From assembly GCA_963797095.1 (NCBI GenBank), contig CAWCNY010000006.1, forward strand, positions 256,001 through 320,000: DNA of 64,000 bases, read 5' to 3'. Numbering within the stretch: the stretch's first letter is position 1; the number at the start of each line of letters is the position of its first letter. Both the position numbers and the translations under genes were made by a program. Shown piece after piece: positions 1 through 10,016 of this stretch. This stretch comes from an uncultured Chloroflexia bacterium. Lineage in GTDB: Bacteria; Chloroflexota; Chloroflexia; QHBQ01; JADMIH01. The notes below the pieces were generated by a model. The model was not told where the DNA came from. It saw only the letters and a list, made by a program, of their open reading frames with translations, and did no database searches.

Positions 1-690
1 GGTACCGCGACGCGTGTGGTGCAAGGCGATGCGTTTGTGCCCACCGGCAACGTGCGGCATATTATCCTCGTGGGATCGCAGACGATCACCGACACTACGG
101 GCAAAGCCACCACGGAAGAAGTTCACCGTGAGGAGTTCTGGCTGGCACCTGGGCAGAATCACTATCTTATGCGAAGTTACGTGCCCCAAAGCGGGGTATG
201 GACGCTGCTCGATGACGACAGCTATTATGAATACGATCCGCAGAATGGAGACACCGTAACCAGATATTCGTTTGATCCTAAGTACCAGGCATCGGTAGTG
301 CCGGACCCAAACATCATTACCGATACGCTTCAGATGCCGGGCGCGAGATCCCTGGGAGAAACCATCTGGAATGGAAGGCGTGCTTTGCTGATCGAGTTGT
401 CGAACGATTCGGCTGGGACAGATGAGGCAGTAGGCGCGAAGGGCACGCCATCCGGCTCGAACGGCACTCAGGAAGCGGATTCCTCTCCGGTGAACATGTA
501 TTGGATCGATCTAGAAACGAACCAGATTTTGCAGGTTGAGATCATTACGGTAGATGGGGACGGTCAAACTAGAGACGTGCATAATTACATCGAATTGGAC
601 GAACTTATAGATAGGTCGAGTTTGCCGCCAGAGTATTTCACATTTGAGTTGCCGCCAGGGGCCTCACTGGTTGACAATCGCGGCAAGTGA
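1..690 (+). CDS. Partial secreted or lipoprotein, LolA-like C-terminal fold (5' end outside window)
   Basis: Frame is open from base 1. WID...ILQVE and C-terminal FTFELPPGA resemble LolA-like proteins. Confidence 0.5.
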   Translation, partial: GTATRVVQGDAFVPTGNVRHIILVGSQTITDTTGKATTEEVHREEFWLAPGQNHYLMRSYVPQSGVWTLLDDDSYYEYDPQNGDTVTRYSFDPKYQASVVPDPNIITDTLQMPGARSLGETIWNGRRALLIELSNDSAGTDEAVGAKGTPSGSNGTQEADSSPVNMYWIDLETNQILQVEIITVDGDGQTRDVHNYIELDELIDRSSLPPEYFTFELPPGASLVDNRGK

Positions 691-703
691 GCAACTGGAA
701 TCA

Positions 704-730
704 TAAGGGCGGAATTGAAACCCGCCCTTA
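704..730. terminator. Hairpin between convergent genes, likely bidirectional terminator
   Basis: taagggcgg-N9-ccgccctta inverted repeat followed by ccttttt. Confidence 0.6.
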
Positions 731-757
731 CCTTTTGCCACGCGATTGGCGGACATT

Positions 758-2203
758 CTATGGGTTGTTGTCGCCTGTGTAATAGATGCGGTAGATCGCG
801 TTTGCTTTGTCGTCGGTGAGTAGGAGGGAGCCATCGGGGGCCATGATCGGGTCTACCGGGCGGCCCCACACGTCGCCATTGACGCGCCAGCCTGTGGCGA
901 AATCCTCTACCAGCAGATCGCCCGCGTTGGGGTCGGGTTGGTTCTCCTTGAAGCGGATGCGTACGACCTTGTAGCCGGTTGGTTGGCTTCGGTTCCAGCT
1001 ACCGTGGAAGGCCACAAACAGGTCGCCTTTATACGAGGCGGGGAACTGGTCGCCCTCGTAGAAACCAAGTCCGAGGGGTGCCGAGTGGGCCTGCATCTCG
1101 ACTGCGGGCACGCCTGTAGTGCCGCAGAAGCCTTCAGGCGCATCCTGTGGGGCTTCAGAGTTGGTGTCCTTTACCCGGGTATCGTAGCAGTAAGGCCAGC
1201 CGTAGTTTGTGCCCTCCTTTACGTCGTAGATCGTTTCGGGGGGGATATTGTCGCCCAGGTTGTCGCGCCCGTTGTTGGTGACCCACATGTCGCCCGTTAT
1301 GGGGTGGAACACCAGGCCGACCGCGTTGCGTAAGCCATTCGCGTATACCTCCTGGAACTGCCCATCGGGTGAGTACTGGGAGACGGCTGCGCGCTTTTCG
1401 TTGCTCTCTTTGCAGACGTTGCAGGAAGAGCCTGCCGACACGTAGAGATTGCCGTCAGGCCCGAAGGCGATTGTGCGGGTTGAGTGGCCGCCCCCGGTGG
1501 GCAGGTCGTTGGCGATCACATCCTTCTTGTCTGCCTTGCCGTCACCGTCGGTGTCCTCAAGGCGGATGATGCTGCTTTCGTTGGCGACGTATACTCCGTT
1601 GTCCTTGAAGGCGATGCCGTGCACGTTGCCGAGATCGCTGGCGAAGGTGTCGGCGCTGTCGGCCACGCCGTCGCCGTCTTTATCGGGAAGGGTGACTACA
1701 CGCCCATCGCCCGTGACGGTGGCGTAGACCAGGCCGCCTGGAGAAATGCCAAGCCAGCGCACACCGTTGAGGCCGGTGGCGTACACCTGGATATGGAAGC
1801 CTGCTGGCAGGTTGATGCCGCGCTCTCCCTCGAAAACACCCGTGCTCGTGCTGTCCGTGGTTTCTATTGTGGTAGCGGTGAGGGTGAGAGGCCCTTCTTC
1901 GGCGGCCTCGGTTGGCGTTGCTTCTGCGCTTGCAGTCATGGTAGGCGTGGCTTCCGCCCCACCTGTGCCGTTATTATCGCTGCTGGCAGGGACGGTGGCG
2001 CTGATGGTGGGCACCGGGGCCGGGATCTCGCCTGTTGGGACGGATACCGGGGCGCTCGGCTGAGGGTTAGGGGCGCTGACCGTGGAGGTGGGCACGCTCG
2101 CTTGCGGTGTGGCCGTTGGATTGCCGGAATCGCACGCGCCCAGTATGAGGGCGCCAATCAAAGTGAATGCGGGGAGGATTCTGAACCGTAACTTGGATCT
2201 CAT
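758..2203 (-). CDS. PQQ-dependent sugar/sorbosone dehydrogenase family lipoprotein with Pro/Thr-rich linker
   Basis: Start taken at ATG 2203 (AGGAG RBS). Lipobox LGAC; motifs GSSCNVC, GLRNAVG, AHSAPLG, FHGSWNR, GRPVD. Confidence 0.85.
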   Translation of the reverse strand: MRSKLRFRILPAFTLIGALILGACDSGNPTATPQASVPTSTVSAPNPQPSAPVSVPTGEIPAPVPTISATVPASSDNNGTGGAEATPTMTASAEATPTEAAEEGPLTLTATTIETTDSTSTGVFEGERGINLPAGFHIQVYATGLNGVRWLGISPGGLVYATVTGDGRVVTLPDKDGDGVADSADTFASDLGNVHGIAFKDNGVYVANESSIIRLEDTDGDGKADKKDVIANDLPTGGGHSTRTIAFGPDGNLYVSAGSSCNVCKESNEKRAAVSQYSPDGQFQEVYANGLRNAVGLVFHPITGDMWVTNNGRDNLGDNIPPETIYDVKEGTNYGWPYCYDTRVKDTNSEAPQDAPEGFCGTTGVPAVEMQAHSAPLGLGFYEGDQFPASYKGDLFVAFHGSWNRSQPTGYKVVRIRFKENQPDPNAGDLLVEDFATGWRVNGDVWGRPVDPIMAPDGSLLLTDDKANAIYRIYYTGDNNP

Positions 2204-2286
2204 TCGTTCGTTGTTCTCCTGATTCGTAACGTGAGGAATGGAATAGTTTGAGCGGGAGGTAGCAAGCTCTGTTCCCAGTATACAAT

Positions 2287-2314
2287 GTCCGAGAGGGGAC
2301 GTCCGAGAGGGGAC
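2287..2314. repeat. Perfect 14-bp tandem duplication gtccgagaggggac x2
   Basis: Read directly in the divergent intergenic region. Confidence 0.9.
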
Positions 2315-2393
2315 GACAGGCGGCGGACGGCATCTTGTTGGTTGACCCATAGTGGGTATGGGAGTACAATCGTGCCCAGGAGAAGATGACGGT

Positions 2394-3470
2394 ATGAAGG
2401 TAATTGTGCAAATACCCTGCTATAACGAAGAAGAATCGCTGCCTGATGTGATCGCGGGGATGCCGAAATCTATCCCAGGCGTGGACGTGTTGGAAACACT
2501 GGTGATAGACGACGGCTCGACCGATAGAACGGTGGAGATGGCCCGGCAACTGGGGGTGACGCATATCGTGCGGCACAGCGGCAACAAGGGGTTGGCGGCG
2601 GCCTTCCAGACGGGCCTGGATGCCTGCCTGCGGCTGGGGGCCGATATCATCGTCAATACGGACGGGGATAACCAGTACCCGCAGGCGATGATCCCCGAAC
2701 TGGTCGCGCCTATCATCCGGGGTGAGGCCGAGATGGTGGTGGGCGACAGGCAGGTGCGCCGGATTGAGCACTTTTCGCCCGTCAAGAAGGTGTTGCAGGT
2801 GATGGGCAGCTGGGTGGTGCGACAGGCTTCGGGCACGGAGGTGCCGGACGCGCCTAGCGGCTTCAGGGCGCTTTCGCGTGAGGCGGCGCTCAGGCTCAAC
2901 GTGATCACGAACTACACTTACACGCTTGAGACGATAGTGCAAGCGGGCAAGAAGAACATCAAAATCGCGAGCATACCCGTTACGACGAATGTGGTCAGGC
3001 GCAAATCGAGGTTGGTGCGCGGTATCTTCGATTACGTGAAGAAGTCGGGGGCAACCATCGTGCGGTTATATGCTATGTACGAGCCTCTGAAGGTCTTCTT
3101 TTATATAGGATTGGTGCTGCTTGGGATCGCGGCCTTCGGCGCGTTGAAGATATTGTTCCACTACTTCTTCCAGGAAGGGATGAACTTCCGCCAAACCTTC
3201 GACCGGCACGCACCCACCACGATTGTGACCCTTATCACATTGGTGTTCGGGTTCCAGATATGGTTGATAGGCCTTCTCGCCGACCTGATCGCGGCCAGCC
3301 GCCGCCTTACCGAGGAAGTGCTTTACAGGGTCAAGCGCACAGAGCTTGAGCTTGATGGTTTGCGCAAGCGCGGGCAGGTTCTGACTGAAGGTGAGCAACT
3401 TGACGGTATCGAGTCCCAGGCAGCGCAAGAGCAGGCTCAGGAACCTGAATTGGAAGGGACTCATGTGTGA
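2394..3470 (+). CDS. Glycosyltransferase family 2 (DPM1/polyprenol-phosphate glycosyltransferase-like)
   Basis: IPCYNEE, IDDGSTD, NKGLAAA, DGDNQY, SGFRA; two C-terminal TM helices. Confidence 0.9.
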   Translation: MKVIVQIPCYNEEESLPDVIAGMPKSIPGVDVLETLVIDDGSTDRTVEMARQLGVTHIVRHSGNKGLAAAFQTGLDACLRLGADIIVNTDGDNQYPQAMIPELVAPIIRGEAEMVVGDRQVRRIEHFSPVKKVLQVMGSWVVRQASGTEVPDAPSGFRALSREAALRLNVITNYTYTLETIVQAGKKNIKIASIPVTTNVVRRKSRLVRGIFDYVKKSGATIVRLYAMYEPLKVFFYIGLVLLGIAAFGALKILFHYFFQEGMNFRQTFDRHAPTTIVTLITLVFGFQIWLIGLLADLIAASRRLTEEVLYRVKRTELELDGLRKRGQVLTEGEQLDGIESQAAQEQAQEPELEGTHV

Positions 3471-3769
3471 AGCCCAACGTCTTCAGCATGATCATGCACG
3501 ACGGCTCGCGCCATTTTGGCGATTTACCGCTGACTGTGTTATGGTATGACCTGCGCGATCACATACAGGGTATACCGGGCGCGCAACTCACGGGTTTTGT
3601 GACCGATCATGTTACCGAGGCCTGGATCGATTTCGACTATAAAGGGTACCGGTTCTCGGTGAACGATCAGTATGGCGATTACTGGTTTTTCGTGGAGGAC
3701 TCCGCCTGCCCAGACGATATACTTCAGGAAGTGCTGGCCTATTGCGCGCTTCTGCTGGGCAACGAGTAG
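3467..3769 (+). CDS. Hypothetical protein
   Basis: 100-aa ORF with GTGA overlap to the GT2 stop. Confidence 0.65.
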   Translation: MKPNVFSMIMHDGSRHFGDLPLTVLWYDLRDHIQGIPGAQLTGFVTDHVTEAWIDFDYKGYRFSVNDQYGDYWFFVEDSACPDDILQEVLAYCALLLGNE

Positions 3770-3874
3770 GGCAATCCAGGGCAACCTCAGTCGCCGTAGA
3801 TCAGGCAGGGTGTCACGGTGACGGGGTAAGTTCTGTTCCATTAACAGAAGGTGAATAACACGCGTCAAAATTGC

Positions 3875-3909
3875 TTGTAACCCGAAAAAGATTGTGATAG
3901 AATAAACAA
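3875..3909 (+). promoter_or_regulatory. Sigma70-like nuo promoter with overlapping Rex-like operator
   Basis: TTGTAA(3875-80)-17 nt-TAGAAT(3898-3903) with upstream TG. TTGTGATAGAATAAACAA (3892-3909) resembles the Rex box TTGTGAANNNNTTCACAA. Confidence 0.55.
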
Positions 3910-3981
3910 GGATTGTACGCCTCCATCCCATGCGCCAAAAGCGTTTCGAAGCGTGCGATCTAACTCCACCAGGAGGGAAGC

Positions 3982-4416
3982 ATGCTCGTACTGGCATCCA
4001 CGCTGGCACAGGCCACACCGATCCCCGTGGCGCAGGCTGTCACTTCCGTTTCCCAGAATCAGACTGACTGGCTTGTGATCGCCCTATTTTTCTCTTTCGC
4101 GCTGGGGATCGCCGTGACCATGATGTTCATTCCCGCGCTTTTGCGCCCCAAGGCTCCTAACCCCATCAAGGGTACGCCCTTTGAATCTGGTATGCCCCCG
4201 ATTGGGGAAGCGCAGGCGCGCTACACGATCCGCTACTACGTGATCGCCATGTTGTTCGTGGTGTTCGATATAGAAGCCGTGTTCTTCTATCCGTGGGCTG
4301 TAGCGTTCAATACTATCGGCTGGTATGGGCTGGTAGAGATGATACTGTTTATTGTCTTACTTTTAGTTGCGTATATATACGCCTGGAGAAAGGGGGCACT
4401 CGATTGGGTCTCCTAG
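3982..4416 (+). CDS. nuoA: NADH-quinone oxidoreductase subunit A
   Basis: [27 protein letters not shown]; AGGAGG RBS. Confidence 0.97.
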   Translation: MLVLASTLAQATPIPVAQAVTSVSQNQTDWLVIALFFSFALGIAVTMMFIPALLRPKAPNPIKGTPFESGMPPIGEAQARYTIRYYVIAMLFVVFDIEAVFFYPWAVAFNTIGWYGLVEMILFIVLLLVAYIYAWRKGALDWVS

Positions 4417-4910
4417 TAAATAGATTCCGTCCAAGTGTGGTTACTACCACCGCGGACTTCCTTTTTAACTGGGCGCATAGATATTCTATGTGGCCCTTGA
4501 TACTGGGAACTGCTTGCTGCGCCATCGAGATGATGGCGGTTGGCATATCGCGCTTCGATATGCTTGAGCGGTTCGGGATGCTCTACAGGTTCTCGCCCCG
4601 CCAGAGCGATGTGATGCTGGTGTGCGGCACGGTTACCAAGAAGTTCGCGCCCGTAATGCGCACCCTTTGGGACCAGATGAGCGAGCCTAAGTGGTGCATC
4701 GCGGTCGGCAACTGCGCCAGCGCGGGCGGGCCTTTCCCGACCTACGCCGTGGTACAGGGCATCGACGAAGTGGTGCCGGTGGACATCTATATACCCGGCT
4801 GCCCGCCCAACCCTGAGGCGATCTTCTACGGCATATTGAAGCTGCAAGAGATCGTCCAGCAGCAGACGCTTGCCCGCACAGGCCCCAAGCCGGAGAAGAA
4901 GCAAGCATGA
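4404..4910 (+). CDS. nuoB: NADH-quinone oxidoreductase subunit B
   Basis: [21 protein letters not shown]; probable TTG start overlapping nuoA. Confidence 0.97.
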   Translation: MGLLVNRFRPSVVTTTADFLFNWAHRYSMWPLILGTACCAIEMMAVGISRFDMLERFGMLYRFSPRQSDVMLVCGTVTKKFAPVMRTLWDQMSEPKWCIAVGNCASAGGPFPTYAVVQGIDEVVPVDIYIPGCPPNPEAIFYGILKLQEIVQQQTLARTGPKPEKKQA

Positions 4911-4916
4911 TTAGTT

Positions 4917-5000
4917 GTCGGTAGTCGGTAGTCGGATGCAGTGTCAGTTCCGACTACCGACTACGGACTACCGACTACGGACTACCGACTACCGACTACC
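4917..5000. repeat. Inverted heptamer tandem repeats (gtcggta)n / (ccgacta)n
   Basis: About 3 units, a spacer, then about 7 complementary units between nuoB and nuoC. Confidence 0.9.
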
Positions 5001-5010
5001 GAGGGAACAA

Positions 5011-5538
5011 ATGGCAGACTATGTACCGTTCAAGGGTGGATACGTTCCGCCGCCTGCCGGGGTTGACCCTGAAGAGAACCCGGCAGTGCAGAAGTTGCGC
5101 GAGGCGATGCCCGATGTCATCGAGGGCGTGTCGGCGTATCGCGATCAGGTGACGATCCGGGTGTACAAGGATAGAATCGCGGAAGTATGCAAGTTCTTAC
5201 GCGATACACCGGGCCTTGAGTTCGATTTCTTGACTGACCTGACGGCGGTGGACTACCCCACCAGACCACAGCGGTTCGATGTGGTGCTCCACCTCTACAG
5301 CATGACTCAGAACCACAGGCTCAGGGTAAAGGCTGGCGTTGGTGAGAACGAGACGATACCGAGTGTAACGTCAGTGTGGAAAGCCGCCAATTGGGAGGAG
5401 CGCGAAGCCTTCGATATGTTCGGCATGGTATTTTCCGGTCACCCCGACCTGCGCCGCATTCTCCTGCCCGAAGATTGGGAGGGCTACCCCCTTCGCAAAG
5501 ACTACCCGCTAGGTGGATACGGGACATACACTTCGTAG
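5011..5538 (+). CDS. nuoC: NADH-quinone oxidoreductase subunit C
   Basis: [35 protein letters not shown]; ATG at 5011 after the repeat. Confidence 0.97.
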   Translation: MADYVPFKGGYVPPPAGVDPEENPAVQKLREAMPDVIEGVSAYRDQVTIRVYKDRIAEVCKFLRDTPGLEFDFLTDLTAVDYPTRPQRFDVVLHLYSMTQNHRLRVKAGVGENETIPSVTSVWKAANWEEREAFDMFGMVFSGHPDLRRILLPEDWEGYPLRKDYPLGGYGTYTS

Positions 5539-5611
5539 GTCGAGGACGAAAGACGAAAGGTGAAGGACGCAAGTCAGTTGGCACCCTTTGCTTTTCGTCG
5601 GAGGAACGAAT

Positions 5612-6886
5612 ATGGCTATCGAAGATCAGATTGAACTAACGGATGGCACCGACGCGCGCGTGGAGCCTGGGCGTGCCGTAGTGCAGACGGGAATTGGCCC
5701 CACAAACAACCTTGTGCCCCAGTCACAGGACATGATGCTCAACCTGGGGCCGCAGCACCCGTCGACGCATGGCGTGTTGCGCGTGCTCCTTGAGCTTGAC
5801 GGCGAAGTGGTGCGCAAAGCGATACCCGACATGGGCTATCTGCACCGGGGTATCGAGAAGATCGGGGAGTACAGGCAGTACAACCAGTTCGTGCCCTGGA
5901 CCGACCGCATGGATTATATAGCGGCTTTCACCAGCAATCTTGCTTTCGTGCAGGCTGTGGAAGAACTCATGGAGATTGAGATCCCTGAGCGGGCCAAATA
6001 CCTGCGCGTGATCTTCTCGGAATTGCAGAGGATAGCTTCTCACCTGCTGTGGCTGGGCACCCACTTGATGGACCTGGGCGCGACCACCGTCTTCCTGTTC
6101 GCCTTGAGGGAGCGAGAAAAGGTGCTTGATTTGCTGGAGCTGCAAACCGGCGCCCGCCTCACCCTGAACGCTCAGAGGGTGGGCGGCTTCCCAAAGGATC
6201 TCCCTCCAGGCTGGATTGAGAAATGCAAAGCATTCCTCGACGAGATGCCCGGCCACTTTGTCGAGTACGATTCGCTGCTGGCCGAGAACCCGATATTCCT
6301 GCGCCGCGTGAAGGGCGTGGGCGTGATCTCAGCCGAGGACGCGATCCAGTGGGGCCTTACCGGGCCGAGCCTGCGCGGGTCGGGTGTGGCCTATGATATA
6401 CGCAAGGCTATGCCCTACGCCGTGTACGATAGGCTCGATTTCGAGGTGCCTATAGGCACGCATGGCGATGTATATGATCGTTTCCTGGTCAGGATGGAGG
6501 AGATGCGCCAGAGTATCAAGCTGATCAGGCAGTCCCTCGATCAATTGCCGGGTGGGCCTGTAATGACCGAGGATATGAGGGTAGCTCTGCCGGGGAAAGA
6601 GGCCACCATGACCAGCATCGAGGCCATGCAGAGGCACTTTATCCTGGTGATCCACGGCTTCAAAGCGCCGGTGGGCGAGTACTATTCGGCTGTCGAGTCG
6701 CCCAAGGGCGAGTTAGGCTGGTATATAGTGTCGAACGGCGAGAACCACCCTTACAGGGCGCGCTGCCGGGCCGCCTCATTCGTCAACTTGCAGTCGCTGC
6801 CGATAATGACGGAAGGCGGCATGATCGCCGACGTGATCGCCAATATCGGCTCGCTCGATATCGTAATGGGTGAGATAGACAGGTAA
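5612..6886 (+). CDS. nuoD: NADH-quinone oxidoreductase subunit D
   Basis: GPQHPSTHGVLR, GYLHRG, ESPKGE, DIVMGEIDR. Confidence 0.98.
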   Translation: MAIEDQIELTDGTDARVEPGRAVVQTGIGPTNNLVPQSQDMMLNLGPQHPSTHGVLRVLLELDGEVVRKAIPDMGYLHRGIEKIGEYRQYNQFVPWTDRMDYIAAFTSNLAFVQAVEELMEIEIPERAKYLRVIFSELQRIASHLLWLGTHLMDLGATTVFLFALREREKVLDLLELQTGARLTLNAQRVGGFPKDLPPGWIEKCKAFLDEMPGHFVEYDSLLAENPIFLRRVKGVGVISAEDAIQWGLTGPSLRGSGVAYDIRKAMPYAVYDRLDFEVPIGTHGDVYDRFLVRMEEMRQSIKLIRQSLDQLPGGPVMTEDMRVALPGKEATMTSIEAMQRHFILVIHGFKAPVGEYYSAVESPKGELGWYIVSNGENHPYRARCRAASFVNLQSLPIMTEGGMIADVIANIGSLDIVMGEIDR

Positions 6887-6920
6887 TTCGCCGCTAATCG
6901 CACTGAGGAGAGTATGTTAA

Positions 6921-7706
6921 ATGGATGAAAGCCCCCAGAGCGGACACGAGGAGAGCACAGGCGAAACGCTGAACAGCGTGCGTAGCGGGCATCTGACCCC
7001 GCACGAAGAGCGCGCCGCGGCTGCGCGTGTGGACGACAGCACCGCCATCGCGCCCGGTCGGGAGATACCGCCCACCGAGATCACGAGCATACTTGACCGC
7101 TACCGCCATGTGGACCCTGAAGAGGCGATGATCCCGGTTTTCCAGGAGATGCAGACGCAGTTCGGCTATATCACGCAGGCGGCTGCCGACCAGGTGTGCG
7201 CCGAGCTGGGCCTGCCTGAGGCTGACGTGTACGGGGTGCTCACTTTCTACTCCTTTTTCCGGTATACACCGAGAGCAGGGCACGTGATCATGTCGTGCGA
7301 AGGCACAGGGTGCTATGTGCGTGGGGCCGCCGCTGTGCGCGCCGCCGTTGAAGAGCGCCTGAATGTGGGACCGGGCGAAACTACGGCCGATGGTCACTGG
7401 ACGTTCGAGCCGCAATCGATCTGCCTGGGGGCGTGCGATCTCGGCCCGCTGGTCGATATCGAGGGGCGCTTCTATTCCTATGTGACGTCTGAGAAGATGA
7501 ACCAGATCATCGATCGGTGGGAAAACAGGCAGCCGGACGAAGACGAGCCTGTAGGGGATAATATGACGGGTGGCGTCGACCACCACGCTTACGCGAGTAA
7601 TTATGGCTTCGGCCCCAACTCCGAGGAATTGTACGCGGGGTACGAGGTGGAACGATATATGCAGAGTACGGACGGAGGGCAAAAGACGAAGGACGAAGGA
7701 CGCTAG
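6921..7706 (+). CDS. nuoE: NADH-quinone oxidoreductase subunit E (2Fe-2S)
   Basis: GVLTFY, CEGTGC...CLGAC; N- and C-terminal extensions. Confidence 0.93.
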   Translation: MDESPQSGHEESTGETLNSVRSGHLTPHEERAAAARVDDSTAIAPGREIPPTEITSILDRYRHVDPEEAMIPVFQEMQTQFGYITQAAADQVCAELGLPEADVYGVLTFYSFFRYTPRAGHVIMSCEGTGCYVRGAAAVRAAVEERLNVGPGETTADGHWTFEPQSICLGACDLGPLVDIEGRFYSYVTSEKMNQIIDRWENRQPDEDEPVGDNMTGGVDHHAYASNYGFGPNSEELYAGYEVERYMQSTDGGQKTKDEGR

Positions 7707-7766
7707 AGTATGAGTCGAACTGTTCGTCTTGGTCCATTGTCATTCGTCGGCTAACTGGAGAGAGTA

Positions 7767-9701
7767 ATGGCTGAAATAACACATTATTATCCAATGGATG
7801 TCAGCAAGCGCTCGCAGTTCACACGCGAGCAGTTTGAAGATAGACAGGCTGCGGCGCGCAAACGCTGGCAGGCGACTATGACCGCCGCCGATGTGCCGGT
7901 GATCGTGGTGCCCTGGGGCTCCTCATCTGTGGCTCATGGAGCAGACAGTACTTTCGAGACGATCCGCAAGTGGGTCGAAGCGAACAGCGTGAAGGCAATA
8001 GTGCGCCGGGCAGGCCCTATGGGCACCGATTACCTGGAGCCTCAAGTAGACATAATATTGCCGGGGCAACCGCGCGTCTCCTATGCCCACATTACCGCCG
8101 ATAAGGTGCCGGAACTGCTGGAAAGCGTGCTGAAGGACGGCAATTTGCGCGCCGACATGGCTGTATGCATCTACGGCACAGACGAGTGGGATGGCGCTGA
8201 GATCGGGCTGAAGGGTATCCCTGCTGCTCGCGAGCTAGATTTCTGGAAGCTTCAGCAGCGCGTGGTGTCGCGCAACCTGGGCTATATAGACCCTGAAAGC
8301 ATTGACGATTACATTGCGCGTGGCGGCTACGAGGCGCTCAAGCGTGTGCTGTTTAGCATGTCCCCCGAAGACGTGATCAAGATGGTAACCGACGCCGGGC
8401 TGCGAGGTCGCGGGGGCGCAGGCTTCCCGGCAGGCATCAAGTGGGACGGCGGGCGCAAGGCCCGCAAGACGCCCAAGTACGTGATCTGCAACGCCCACGA
8501 AGGCGAGCCTAACGTCTTCAAAGACCGCAGGCTGCTGGAAGGGGACCCCCACGAAGTACTCGAAGGGATGATCATCCAGTGCTTCGCGGTGGGCACGCCC
8601 TGGTCCTATATATACGTGGGTGACGAGTACCCGCTGGCGATCCACAGGACCAAGGTAGCCGTGCAGCAGGCATACGAGGCTGGCCTGCTGGGCGACAACA
8701 TCATGGGGTCGGGCTTCTCCTGCCACGTGGACGTGCAGATGGGCGGTGGGGCCTACATATCGGGCGAGGCTTCGGCCCTCATGTTCGGTATCGAGGGGAA
8801 GCGCGCCATGCCGCGCACCAAGCCCCCGCGCTCGGTGGAGGCTGGCCTGTTCAATCTGCCCACAGTCGTGAACAACGTCGAAACGATGGCGTGCGTGCCC
8901 GCCATAGTAGTGAATGGGGCGCAGTGGTTCGCCGGGATCGGAACTGAAAAGAGCAAGGGCACCAAACTATTCACACTGATGGGCTCGGTTGAGCGCATAG
9001 GGATGTACGAGTTGCCGCTGGGCCGTACCATGCGTGAGTTGGTGTATACTTGCGGGGGCGGTTGCCTGGATGGACGCCCCTTCAAGGCGATCCAGACGGG
9101 AGGCCCATCGGGCGGCTGCCTGCCGGAGCAGAATCTCGACCTGATCATGGACTTCGACTCGCTCAACAATTACGGCGGCACTATGGGGTCGGGTGGCTAT
9201 GTTGTATACGACGACACGACCTGTATCGTTGATATGAGCCGCTACTTCGGGAGGTTCAACAGGTACCAGTCTTGCGGTAAGTGTGTGCCCTGTCGCGTCG
9301 GCACCAAGAACCTGCTCCACATGGTCGACCGGATAGCGCTGGGCAACAGCCGCCCTGAAGATATCCCGATCATGAAGAAGTGGAGCGACCACGTAGTCGA
9401 GATGTCGTTGTGCGGGTTGGGCCAGACCGCGCCTTTGCCTCTGCTGGGCGGCCTGCGCTATTTCCTCGATGAGTTCGAGGAGCATATTAATGACAAGCAC
9501 TGCCGGGCGGGCAAGTGCGACGTGCTTGTAGAGCGCGAGCAGAAAGGGCAGAAACACACCCCGGCCTGGTTGGAAGAGACTTATCTGCCCGCCAGGATCG
9601 GTGAGCGCTACAGGAAGCAGTTCGGCGCGATCACGCAGGGGAATGGGCAAGTGCAGGGCACCGCGCCCACTTTGACCGAGGGGGAGGCGGTGCAAAGATA
9701 A
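7767..9701 (+). CDS. nuoF: NADH-quinone oxidoreductase subunit F, long HoxF/HydB-like form
   Basis: GLRGRGGAGFP, NAHEGEP, NNVET, CGKCVPC...C; extra N-terminal thioredoxin-like region. Confidence 0.93.
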   Translation: MAEITHYYPMDVSKRSQFTREQFEDRQAAARKRWQATMTAADVPVIVVPWGSSSVAHGADSTFETIRKWVEANSVKAIVRRAGPMGTDYLEPQVDIILPGQPRVSYAHITADKVPELLESVLKDGNLRADMAVCIYGTDEWDGAEIGLKGIPAARELDFWKLQQRVVSRNLGYIDPESIDDYIARGGYEALKRVLFSMSPEDVIKMVTDAGLRGRGGAGFPAGIKWDGGRKARKTPKYVICNAHEGEPNVFKDRRLLEGDPHEVLEGMIIQCFAVGTPWSYIYVGDEYPLAIHRTKVAVQQAYEAGLLGDNIMGSGFSCHVDVQMGGGAYISGEASALMFGIEGKRAMPRTKPPRSVEAGLFNLPTVVNNVETMACVPAIVVNGAQWFAGIGTEKSKGTKLFTLMGSVERIGMYELPLGRTMRELVYTCGGGCLDGRPFKAIQTGGPSGGCLPEQNLDLIMDFDSLNNYGGTMGSGGYVVYDDTTCIVDMSRYFGRFNRYQSCGKCVPCRVGTKNLLHMVDRIALGNSRPEDIPIMKKWSDHVVEMSLCGLGQTAPLPLLGGLRYFLDEFEEHINDKHCRAGKCDVLVEREQKGQKHTPAWLEETYLPARIGERYRKQFGAITQGNGQVQGTAPTLTEGEAVQR

Positions 9702-9775
9702 AACGCAGGGCTACAGCCTACACGATTGGTGCGATATAATGGCAACAATCCGTGCGTAATTTAGGAGATGGTGCT

Positions 9776-10012
9776 GTGACGAAAGCTATTGATTTTACAG
9801 ATGAGACTTACGCTCTGCTAGAAGAAATGAGTAGGAAGATGGGTTTTGCTGACATAGAGCATCTTGTCAAGAAGTTACTGTGGGAAGCTGAACTTCAAAG
9901 AAGAAAGGAGCTTGGGAGGAGAATCAACAAGCATCGAGAAGCAATGCTCTCGCAGTATGGCGTGATGAAAGACAGCACCGAATTGATTCGTCAGGACCGA
10001 GAGCGCCAATAG
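9776..10012 (+). CDS. Putative VapB-type antitoxin
   Basis: Small low-GC ORF directly upstream of the PIN gene; C-terminal DSTELIRQDR; GGAG RBS before GTG. Confidence 0.65.
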   Translation: MTKAIDFTDETYALLEEMSRKMGFADIEHLVKKLLWEAELQRRKELGRRINKHREAMLSQYGVMKDSTELIRQDRERQ

Positions 10013-10016
10013 CCAA

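Noticed and set aside
938-2191. Numerous long overlapping antisense ORFs here and throughout the window
   Set aside because: Expected shadows of GC-rich coding sequence; no recognisable motifs.
4915-5010. N-terminal extensions of nuoC (LPTTDYRL...), glyQS, paaB, nuoB, nuoD and tetR in the ORF track
   Set aside because: They are read-through of heptamer repeats or leaders; better starts with RBS or family-typical N-termini lie downstream.
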